This document shows positions 53,101 through 64,000 of a stretch of 64,000 nucleotides of DNA, in pieces. The translations under genes and the position numbers were made by a program. Source of the stretch: Proteromonas lacertae (taxonomy: Eukaryota); NCBI GenBank assembly GCA_002245135.1, contig NGBS01000007.1:124001-188000 (forward strand). The letters run 5' to 3'. The notes under the pieces are model-generated. The model had not been told where the DNA came from. It ran no database searches and saw only the letters and a list, made by a program, of their open reading frames with translations. Each line of letters starts with the position of its first letter. The stretch's first letter is position 1.

Positions 53101-56100
53101 CAGAAGGTAACACATTTACTAATGTAAAAGATGATTGTGTTACTGTTACGTATCCAGAGAATTATATTACTCAAAGTGGTAAAGATATAAGTATAACTCC
53201 AACAATATCTGAAAATCCTCCAACTGTTACATTTACAAAAAAATCTGGTCCTGATTTTGTAACAGTAGATTCATCCACAGGTGTTGTAAGTGGAACAATT
53301 CCATCAGATGATTTAGAAGGTAAAGTATATGAATTGGAAGTATATTTACAACCTTCTGAAATAATATTCAAAATAAAGATCGAAATAAAAGAAGAATCAA
53401 ATAATGATGAATTTTATAGATTAATAACTACAAATAGCGAAACAGCTGAAATAACCAAATCATATGTAATTGATATGAGTAAATGGAAAGTTCCTGAATC
53501 TTTATCATTTAAGATATTAAAAACTAGTGGTGATTATACAGTGAAGATGAAGCATTATATAAAAGAAAATGAGAAAAATGTATTGAGTTTATTTGGTTCA
53601 TTGGAAAATCAAATAATTGAACATTTACATTTGATAATAGAATCTCATGATGGAAATAGCGCAAATCCTTTACTTAAAACCACCGAAAATGGAATATTTA
53701 ATCAAATAAAGAATAGTTATTTGTATGATGTGGAATTGAAATTAAATCCAAATATTGAAATGATTCAAAGTGAAGAAGAAAAAACCTTCGGTTTATTGAG
53801 TAATTCAATGGAGAATGTAATAATGATTCATGTTGGAATCTATTTTGATGGAAAGATATCAATCGATTCAAATGAACATAAATCAACTTTTGGCTTAATA
53901 AGTGGTATGATAAAGAATATCGAAGGAAAAGAAGTGAGTGGAATATTTGTGAAAGGAAATGAATATAGTTTTACATCTACCAGAGATTATAATGAGGATC
54001 AATTTGTATATAATGGTTTGATGTTTGGTGAAGGAAAAGATGTAATAATATCCTATAGTTATAGTGATATAAATAAATATAATGCTAAAATAAAAAGAGG
54101 TATAAGTATTAGTCTTACAATATCACATGGTTTGACTGATTCAAGTTTTATAAAATTCTTTAGATGTTTTGTTATTATTCGAGAAATAGTGAATATTGAA
54201 ACAGCAGATTGGACATTCTTTGGTCCATTTATTAGTAGAAGTAATACTCCAGTTTATGTAGATGAATGTTGGAGTGATATAAAATTTGGTAAATTAGATG
54301 GAAAAATGGATATAGTAGGATTTAGAGGTAATTTTGAAAGTAGTACTGAAAATGCTAAGTTAGAATTATCAAATAGTTATAGTAATTGGGAATTTACACA
54401 ATCAACAATTGGTGAAGTAAATATAAATTGTATAGCCAAATATGGAGTTGGTAGTTCAATAATAAAGAATGTCTATGTTTCAATAACAGTTAGTTCTGAT
54501 GAAATATTATTTCATAAAATATATAAAATAAGTGAAGGAAGTAACCCAAATTTAATGAACAATGTTTATATTCAAATACCAAATAAATATAAAGTAGAAG
54601 GAGTTGGATCAGTAGAAATAGTTGATGAAACATCTGATATAAAAGAAAAGCCATATAAATATTTGAATGGATTCTTTACAAAAGATACAAAACTATATTA
54701 TTCCACAATGCCAAGATATGATGGAAATAAAATAATTGATGAATATAAGCTATTAGAAAATGTTGATATATCATTTGATGAAAATTCTTATCCATATTAT
54801 AACAAAGTGAAATCTGTTTGGTATAGAAATGAGATTAGTTTAAATCCAATATATAAAGATGATGTGAAAGATAGTTATGTGTTATATTTATTATTGAAAG
54901 AAGGAAATGAAGAAAGTGTTGTATCAATAAGTGAAAATGGTTGTATAAGTGGAGTAAGTGTAACCTTGAAGAGTTGGTCAACAACACAATCATCTGTATA
55001 TTCAATGACAGAAACACTAAGTAAAAACTCATGTACAGCTAACTCATATAATAAATTTAATTATGATATAAATGGAATAACAAGTGGAAGATCTGAAATA
55101 ATTGAAGTAGAGAATAAAAATGTAAATCCATCATATACAGTTAGTTACAAAGAGTATGTAGAAGAGAAGAGTGAATTTAATATGATATTTACATTACCAT
55201 ATCCATATGAAATAGTTGTAAGTGGAAGCACAATAATAACAAAGAAGTCATTTGAAAATGTGAAATATTTACCTCATGAATATGAATCGAAATTAATAAT
55301 GAGTGTTGGTGATGTAGAAAATGATAAAGAAGAAACAGTGAATATTTGTGTAAAATCTCCATTAGCTTATACTGAAGAAAGTGGAAAATGTTTTGATTTG
55401 ACTGTAAAGATAGAAAATGAAAAAATAACAACTGCATCTTCAACAACTGAACCTTCAACAACTGAACCTGCAACAACTGAACCTGCAACAACTGAACCTT
55501 CAACAACTGAACCTGCAACAACTGAACCTGCAACAACTGAACCTTCAACAACTGAACCTGCTACGACTAAACCAAATAATAATTTTTATGATATAATTAC
55601 TCAAAATCAAGTTGAAATACTACTTGATAAATCATATATAGTTGAAATGAAAGATTGGAATATTCCATCATCTGAGAGTATAAAATTCTCCAAATTAATA
55701 GGAAAAGGTGATGAAACAAGAATAGTATTAAAATTTGATAAGAACAGTGGTGAATCAAAGAATCTTCAATTATTTGGTGATTTAGATGGTAAATTGTTTG
55801 AACATCTTCATTTTGTGATTGAAACAACACAGTCAGATAATACATTATCATTACATACGAATGGAATATTTAATCAAATAAAGAATAGTTATTTGTATGA
55901 TGTGGAATTGAAATTAAATCCAAATATTGAAATGATTCAAAGTGAAGAAGAAAAAACCTTCGGTTTATTGAGTAATTCAATGGAGAATGTAATAATGATT
56001 CATGTTGGAATCTATTTTGATGGAAAGATATCAATCGATTCAAATGAACATAAATCAACTTTTGGCTTAATAAGTGGTATGATAAAGAATATCGAAGGAA

Positions 56101-59100
56101 AAGAAGTGAGTGGAATATTTGTGAAAGGAAATGAATATAGTTTTACATCTACCAGAGATTATAATGAGGATCAATTTGTATATAATGGTTTGATGTTTGG
56201 TGAAGGAAAAGATGTAATAATATCCTATAGTTATAGTGATATAAATAAATATAATGCTAAAATAAAAAGAGGTATAAGTATTAGTCTTACAATATCACAT
56301 GGTTTGACTGATTCAAGTTTTATAAAATTCTTTAGATGTTTTGTTATTATTCGAGAAATAGTGAATATTGAAACAGCAGATTGGACATTCTTTGGTCCAT
56401 TTATTAGTAGAAGTAATACTCCAGTTTATGTAGATGAATGTTGGAGTGATATAAAATTTGGTAAATTAGATGGAAAAATGGATATAGTAGGATTTAGAGG
56501 TAATTTTGAAAGTAGTACTGAAAATGCTAAGTTAGAATTATCAAATAGTTATAATAACTGGTTATTTAGTGAATCAACTGGTGATTCGGTTGTTATAAAC
56601 TGTTTGGCCAAATATACATCAAGTAGTTCATCGATGAATAATGTTTATGTTTCGATAAGTGTAATTTCAAATGATATAACGTTGGGTAAGATAGTAAAAG
56701 TAGGTGGAGGAAGTGATGCTACAATCAAATCAGTTTATATTCAAACACCAAAAGATTTTAATGTTGAAGGACTTGAAACAGTGGTAGTATTAGATGAAGA
56801 ATCTGATATAAAAGAAAAACCATATAAATATATGAATGGATTTCATTCCAATGAAGATAAATCTAGATTATCTTATTCTAAAATGCCAAAATATGATGGA
56901 AGTAAAATAATTGATGAATATAGAATATTGGAGAATGTTGATATTCGATTTGATGATAATAATAATCCATAATATGTTCAAATCAAACGATATATTCTAT
57001 TTAAGTGATATTCCCTTATCAAAATTATACAAACAAAACATTAATGATAAAGGTTATAGTTTATATTTATTATCAAAAGAAAACAAAAATGAAATATCAA
57101 TTGATTATTCATCATCTTGTTTAAATGTTAATAAATCTCTAGTAGATGTAGGTGAATTACACTCAATTGAAGTAAAATTATCAAATGATTGTTTAACTCA
57201 ATTCTACAATCATTTTGAATTAAATATAAAATCTAGCAATACAATAATAACAATTCCAATTAATGTAATTAATACAGAAAAAGATCCAATAATGAAAATA
57301 GAACCAGAAGGAATAATTAAAGAAAACTCTCACTTATATTTATTATTTGATGATATAACTTGTGAAATAAATAAACTACAAGGATATTCAGAAATATTGA
57401 GTTTAAAGAAAGTAGAAATCAATCATGAAATAGATTACACTTATAGTAAAGTCGAAATATCAATAAGCAGAATATCAACAGTAGAAGCATATTATAATAC
57501 AACAGAAGAAATATGTATGAGATATTATTTCAATGGCTATGCTGAATCGAAAGATAAATGTATGGAATTTACAATAACAATAGAACATAAATTCCAACCT
57601 ACTATTCCTCCACCTCCTTTAATATCAGTTGATTTACCATCTTATCATGTTGAAGTAAATATAGAAATAAACAAAATTATACCTGATTCAATCTATACAG
57701 TAGAAAATGTGAATAAAGAAGCAAAAGAATTGAATTTCAAACCATCAATAAAGAATCACTTAAAAATCGAAAATGCAATAACAAAGAATAAAGAGAATGA
57801 TGTAAATGCACTTCCATATGCTTCAGAATCAACAACTAAAGAATTTATAAAACCATTTGAAAAAACAAAGAATGATATTATATCATTTACTCAATCTCAT
57901 TCAATAAAAATGGATGATTATCAACCTCTAACAATTGAAAATGGAAAAAGAATCGATTTTGGTAATAACAAATTGAATTTACATTTTTCTTTATTTAATA
58001 ATAGAAGAAGATTATTGAATGAAGAGAATAACAAATCATATTCAATGAGATTATTTGGTGATTTGAATAATGTAACAATTGAAAATGTGGAAATTAATAT
58101 TTATATGAAAGGAAATGGAAATGAGATAGTAATAAGAGAATGTGGAATATTTGGTTCATTAAATAATTCCACATTGAAGAATATAAAACTGAAATTCTTT
58201 AATAATATTCGATTTGATTGTAATTCAAATTCAACAGTGAATGGATTAATAAGTGATAAAAGTGAGAATGTGATATTTGAGAATGTTGAAATAGACTTCT
58301 ATAAAGACAATACAAGAACAATGGCAATAGAAAATAAAGATTCAAATATATTTGGAATGATAGTTGGTGAAGGAAGTAATACTAGAATAATCAATTGTAA
58401 TTTATTTGGCGATATAATGACAGTTATAAATAATGGAAATAATACCAAAGATAATAGCAGTATATATGGTGGATTGATAGGAAAATGCAATGATAAATGT
58501 GAAATAAGTAAATCATATATTCAGGTGAATAGTATTCTGTTATATCAAAGTATAATATTTGGTGGTTTAATTGGTTCATTGAATGATGAAAGTGAGATGA
58601 AAGTATGTGATTCATTTGTTTATATAGAAAGTGGTTTAAGAATTGGAGTAGATAAAGATCAAAAAGAGTTTGTATATGGAAGTTTTATTGGTGATACAAA
58701 CAAATATAAAGAAGTGAATATTGACAATAGTTGGGCAATTTTCATAACAATGGGAATAGAAATAAACACAACAACAACCAATTTTGGTGGAATGATAGGA
58801 AGAATAGGTGAAATAGACAAAGAAAATACAATAATCATAACAAATTCTTCAATGCAAATGCCAATTGGTCATAACACATTCATATTTAGAAAGGAAAATG
58901 GTGAAATTGAAAAATCACCAAACATTGGTTTTATATTTGGAAGAAATATAACCAAACTTGAATCATATAAATTAGATCATACAATGGCTTATGTAGAATC
59001 ATGTAATCCAAATTCTAATTGTATATCTCCTCAAATGTATTATCAACCAACTGGACAATATCCAACTTCATCAGGAAGAATATTAACTCCAACAGATAGT

Positions 59101-60309
59101 AATTATTGTAGTGGTTCTGGAGCATTAATTATTAATTCAATATTTGGTAGTCTTGAAGCTCAAGGAAATAATTTCTGTAATTCTTTTGGTAAAACAACTT
59201 GTGAAGGATATAATGGAATATGTTATGATGCAACATCATATAGTCCATGTAAATTACCAAAAGAAAAAGTTGATTTGGTATTAAATAGAGATAGAATGAA
59301 ATCTCCAACAAGTAGAAAATTATGTCCGAATGATTGTAATTCTAATGGAGTTTGTGTATATGGAGAATGTCGATGTTTTCCAGGTTTTACTTCATTTGAT
59401 TGTAGATTAAGAACATGTCCATTTGGAAGCCCAATTTCTAATCCATCAAATGAATATGAGAAAGAAAAAAGAGTGAATTATGAATGTTCAAATCAAGGAA
59501 GATGTAATAGAAAGAGTGGATTATGTGAATGTTTTAATGGATTTGAAGGAAATGCTTGTCAAAGAACAAAATGTCCAAATGAATGTTCAAATCATGGAAT
59601 TTGTATGACAGTAAGTGAAGCTGAATTAAAGAAAGAAAAAGATAATATAAATGATAATGATAAATACAATTATGATATAAACTACATAAAGAAATATGAA
59701 AAATGGGATAAAGATTCAATTCAAGTTTGTGTTTGTGATAAAGAATATCGAGGGGTTGATTGTTCAATTCGAAAATGTCCTTATGGTTATTTGGCTGATA
59801 GTGAATGTGATTCATTACCTCAAAGTGAAATTACAATTACATATTCAGGAACAATTTCTAATGATAATGATAAAATCTATGTGAAATATACAGATCCATT
59901 TGATAGAAAATGGTTTACAAAGAGTTTTAGTATTAAATTACAGAAGGAATGGTTAGATGCTTTAGGTTCTTTACCACCAGATACAATATCAATAGAAGAT
60001 GTTATGGTAGATGATAAATCAAGTAATCCAATCACAATTTACATAACCTTCTCAAAACATCAAACTGGAAGACAATATCCATTAGAAATAATCGGAAGTA
60101 AAGAAATGAAAGAGATTGATAAATTGAAAGATAGAAAGGATAATGGTATTCTTAACATCGAGAAAGGTGATTTGAAATATGAAATGGATTATACTCAAAG
60201 ATCTTCAGAATGTAGTAATAATGGAATTTGTGATACAAAGAGTGGAATATGTAACTGTTTTGATGGATTTAGAGGAATTGCTTGTTCTGAAGTTGATACA
60301 ACATTTTAA
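47133..60309 (+). CDS. Giant (~4,400 aa) secreted adhesin-like protein: PA14-like, putative Ig (He_PIG-like), galactose-binding-like and beta-rich repeats, C-terminal EGF/mastigoneme-type module; interrupted by apparent frameshifts
   Basis: Signal exon MGFLFIFITFL plus intron 47167-47194; LPxGL/F...TGEISG Ig repeats; ORFs 47245, 49497, 49866 and 56911 are collinear, with breaks at ~49423, 49568, 49719 and 56970. Confidence 0.75.
53688..56553 (+). repeat. 694-nt direct repeat (53688-54381 = 55860-56553)
   Basis: Appears identical by eye; offset 2172 nt (724 codons). Confidence 0.9.
55428..55572 (+). repeat. 15-nt minisatellite encoding a TTEP(S/A) mucin-like linker
   Basis: Tandem acaactgaacct(t/g)ca units. 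Confidence 0.9.
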
Positions 60310-60475
60310 TTCTAAAAATATACAAGTATTGATTTTGTTTGTTTATTGGGTTAACTCATTTCCATATATTCTTATAATTTCACATTAAGCGATAAATAAA
60401 GATGAAAAATGTATTAAAAGTGTACTTGTGTTTTGATAAAATAAAACAGAACAATTAATTAAAACGTAGTTATAT

Positions 60476-61550
60476 TTACGGTTCTAATGGGAATGAAACT
60501 GATTCAAGTATTTTCCAAGGAGTAAGATCATCTATCATTTTTATCTTCTCTGGCTGTTTTGTAATTAAACATCCAATAAATCCAAGGCTATTTATAGGTA
60601 TATCATTATCATATTTATCTTTCGTTCTGGGAACTACTAACATCCAATTTGGTGTTAAAAGGAAATTATGAGGTGTTTTCAAACGCTGAGGTAATTTTTC
60701 AGTTGATTTTTCTAATAATAAGTGATATCTTCTATTTAATTCTTCAGCTCCATTCTTAATATCAAAATCTTTCATATCTGTGTTTTGGCAGAATGAATGA
60801 TGGAATTTAAATTCAGGTATAGTAAATGGATTTCCTGGTTTTATATCATTTTTATTCAAATAAGAAGTTACAACAGTATCAATTGGAATAGGAGGTTTTT
60901 GTTGTAAATTCAATGAATCAATTGGTATACATTGTAAATGTTTATGATACTGTGATGCACCTGCTTCTGGACCACAATTATAAAACATTAAACAGGGAAA
61001 TGCCTTTAAACAACGCAATAAAGCTTCAAAATCCATTGAATCTAATAATGTTCGTTGAGTATATAATTCATCTGTTACTATTAATGCCTATTTATACCAT
61101 ATTTATGTATATTTATACATGATCACACATGACTGGGAATTTATTCATCATCATTACATGAGATGGAGTTAATCTTCCAACTACAAGATTTTTATCTCTG
61201 TTTTCTGGTGAGAATGGATCTATATTCTTTCCATCTTCATTTCTTGGTAATACTTTTACTTTCTTTTGAGTATCTTTATTGAATGTTCCTTACTACAAAC
61301 TAATAACATTTAAATATATTTACCAAAATAATACTCTAACACCATTACTGTTAATAACATGAGGATTTGCTCCAAGAGCCATTATATTACCATCTTTTAA
61401 TGCTATTTTATATGTTTGTCTTAGTTTGAGCAATAATCTTGCTGAACTCATATCTTCTTCTGTACTTTTGTGACTCTTCCAATTTTTATAAAATATATAG
61501 CCTAATATTGCAGTGCCTGCTCCAACTGCAATGACAATAGATTTTTTCAT
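60476..61550 (-). CDS. ATP adenylyltransferase / Ap4A phosphorylase (APA1/2-like) with N-terminal membrane anchor (multi-exon)
   Basis: DPF, NKFPV, FYNCGPEAGASQYHKHLQ, NFLLTPNWMLVVPR, INSLGFIG. Confidence 0.88.
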
Positions 61551-61697
61551 GTAAAGCTACACTATAAAAAGTGAAGCTTTCAAAAAACTAAAACGACTAT
61601 ATTTTTAGAAACTAAAATGAGATTATTAAAAAACCAAATATAAATATAATAATCACTTTAAAAACTTAAAAATAATAAATAAAATAAAAAACATATC

Positions 61698-64000
61698 TTA
61701 TTTCCAAAATTTGGGTGTTACTTTTGCTACATAAATTTCTTTTTTTTCAGTCTTTTTATTCTTCTTTTTAGGTGAAGATATTGGTGATACTCTGTTATAA
61801 ATAGAATCCATCTCCAATACAACAGAATTAATCTGAGGTAATCTCAATATTCTTCCATACTTCGACTTTCTTCTTCTTTTTCTTCTTTCTTTCTTAGGTA
61901 TTAATGTTTTCTTGCTGATTGTTGGATAAGGAACATGAATACTGCTATATCTCCTCACACCAGGTGCAAAATTCAAATTAACTGTATGTATATGAGATTG
62001 ATGTTCCAATTCTTGCTCTTGTAATAGTTTAGGTAAAGGTTGATTAAATATATCATAAATAGAAGGAAGTTTGAAATATTTTTTATCTGGTAAAGTTTCT
62101 GGAGTATCTGCTGATTTAGGATGTTTATTCAAAGCTTTTGCTTTATCAGGAACTCTTAAAGACCTTCCTCTTAGAAATGAAATGCCTTGTAATGGTGGTA
62201 ATTTAGAAGGATGATAATATTGAGATTGTTGTTGTTGATTTACATCACCAAGTGATAAATCTATTGAAGATATTGGATGAAATGATATTCTTCCATGTCC
62301 AAGTCTTGGAGATATGAAATTACCTCCATTATTACCCATTAGATCAGACTGTGGAGGATGAGGTTGTTTTTGTAAAGGTGGTTGAGGATTGAGTTTGGAT
62401 GTTAATAATACTTTATTGATAAATAATTCCCATTCGTTTACTTTCTCTTTTTCTGATAAGTGTAGTTTTGCTCTTGCTGATCTTATCCTTACATGATGAT
62501 TCTTTGTTGGTGAAACATTTTCATCAAGTGGTTTTGATTTAAAAACAATCATACTCTTTGCTCTTCTATATTCATCAAGTGTAGATGGTGAATTTCTATT
62601 ATTATTTCCATTTCCATTAATATTTAAACCATTCAAATTGGAATTGGCTCTTGAAAAGGATGATGGAATATAACTCTTTCTTTTTCCTTTAGGTTTAAAT
62701 GCGAATAACTGTTGTAATGCTGTTAATATCTCCTCTTCATGCTCATCTATCAATTCACCTTGTGCATTATATTTCCTTATCAATTTTCTATTCTCTGATA
62801 TTTGAATTTCTTCAATTCTATTACCATCTTTATCATATTTAGTGATTTTAACTCTTTCAAAAATATTACCACCATTATTTCCATCACTGTTGTTTATTCC
62901 ATCAACATCAATTTCAATATCATATTCATCTATTATTTTACCATTATCATCATATTTCACAATGTGTTTCTTTAAATCACTAATATTATGTTCTTCTGTA
63001 ACAATACCTAAATCATTATCAGTTCTAAATATCTTAAAAGTACCATCAGGTTCATCTTCAATTTCATATTCATCTTGAATATGTCCAGCTGCATTTAACT
63101 TTAATATTTTTCTTCTACCATTTTCTAATAACATATCTTGAATTAATGTACCTGTTTCATTGTCTTTGTGCATTCTTGCTTTCTGAATATTGTATTCTTC
63201 AATAAGTGAACCAACTTTATTATATTTCATCATATGGAACAATCTTCCATCCATCATGAACAATTCTATTCTATTACCTCTTTTATCCACTCTAGTTATT
63301 CTCCGAGTCTTATTATCTGGCATTAATTCACTTAAATATTCATCAACTATCTTATTTTGTTTATCAAAGTAGAATATTTTCTTTATTCTGGGATCTATTG
63401 TATATTCTTCTAATCTACATCCATTTTTACTGTATATTATTGTTTTATCTCTTGATTCTATTGCTGATAAAAATTTACCTTTTGAATTGAATCTGTTTAT
63501 TGTGAAATTACCTTTTCCATGCATTATAAATTCAAACTTATTCCCTTCAACATCATATCTCAATATTTTCTTTGATTTATCTTTAGTTTTTTCAACTACA
63601 TAATCATCCACCATATTCCCATTTTTATCAAATATTAACACTCTTTTATGTGTTTCATCCAATGTATAAGTATGTATTCTATGCCCATCATTATCATATT
63701 TAATTACACCTTTTTCACCAATAAATTCATCCAATATTTTACCATCTTTATCATATCTAACAATCTTATATCTATCATCAGCATAATGTGTAATTTCGGT
63801 TTTAATTCCATTAGCATCAGTTCTAATTATTCTATCTTGATGATGTGGTAATGTTTCATATTCATATTGATCTACAATATATCCTTCAGGATCATATATA
63901 ATCACTTTCTTCTTTGATGGATTTATAATATACTCTTCCTTTCTAAAGTTCTTGTTACTCATTTCTACTACTCGATCTTGAGCAATAAAATCATCAATTA
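61698..64000 (-). CDS. Hypothetical protein with degenerate (Y/F)DxxG..I.DEY repeats; 5' end lies outside the window
   Basis: 754-aa ORF whose frame stays open upstream of 63962 to the window edge. Confidence 0.7.
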   Translation of the reverse strand, partial: IDDFIAQDRVVEMSNKNFRKEEYIINPSKKKVIIYDPEGYIVDQYEYETLPHHQDRIIRTDANGIKTEITHYADDRYKIVRYDKDGKILDEFIGEKGVIKYDNDGHRIHTYTLDETHKRVLIFDKNGNMVDDYVVEKTKDKSKKILRYDVEGNKFEFIMHGKGNFTINRFNSKGKFLSAIESRDKTIIYSKNGCRLEEYTIDPRIKKIFYFDKQNKIVDEYLSELMPDNKTRRITRVDKRGNRIELFMMDGRLFHMMKYNKVGSLIEEYNIQKARMHKDNETGTLIQDMLLENGRRKILKLNAAGHIQDEYEIEDEPDGTFKIFRTDNDLGIVTEEHNISDLKKHIVKYDDNGKIIDEYDIEIDVDGINNSDGNNGGNIFERVKITKYDKDGNRIEEIQISENRKLIRKYNAQGELIDEHEEEILTALQQLFAFKPKGKRKSYIPSSFSRANSNLNGLNINGNGNNNRNSPSTLDEYRRAKSMIVFKSKPLDENVSPTKNHHVRIRSARAKLHLSEKEKVNEWELFINKVLLTSKLNPQPPLQKQPHPPQSDLMGNNGGNFISPRLGHGRISFHPISSIDLSLGDVNQQQQSQYYHPSKLPPLQGISFLRGRSLRVPDKAKALNKHPKSADTPETLPDKKYFKLPSIYDIFNQPLPKLLQEQELEHQSHIHTVNLNFAPGVRRYSSIHVPYPTISKKTLIPKKERRKRRRKSKYGRILRLPQINSVVLEMDSIYNRVSPISSPKKKNKKTEKKEIYVAKVTPKFWK

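Noticed and set aside
55428..55572. CRISPR-like periodicity
   Set aside because: Spacer-less coding minisatellite in a eukaryotic gene
1..64000. tRNA, rRNA, telomeric repeats, or prokaryotic contamination
   Set aside because: None recognised; the bacterial-like genes either carry spliceosomal introns or sit among typical eukaryotic genes of similar composition

Overview
This is AT-rich, gene-dense eukaryotic nuclear DNA in the standard genetic code. It has many very short (about 24-45 nt) GT..AG introns, mostly starting GTAT, so the ORF track splits most genes. Intron size, TGTTTGTT-like 3' elements, a TSET subunit and a mastigoneme-type EGF module suggest a Blastocystis-like gut stramenopile (inference). 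About 27 genes are visible: four tandem HEAT/TOG-like paralogs, a decayed CACTA-like transposase, a prokaryote-type C1A peptidase/lectin gene, a CG-1-like factor, Erf4/GOLGA7-like, SPFH, a membrane hybrid histidine kinase, Myb-like, RBM41/RNPC3-like, an SLC38-type transporter, GUF1/LepA, Tex/SRBD1, ISWI, TSAUCER/TASH3, mitochondrial uL22, RPS6, a GH27 alpha-galactosidase with an inverted partial copy, Ap4A phosphorylase, and a ~13 kb secreted-protein gene. The most notable items are: the ~4,400-aa adhesin-like protein ending in a mastigoneme (Sig1/Ocm-type) module; an unannotated 83-aa gene with a bL37-like KANHGxRP motif; a histidine kinase with a degenerate ATP pocket; a recurring AAACGA(A/C)TATATTT promoter motif; and a set of apparent +1 frameshifts. 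All family calls come from motif recall, not database searches.
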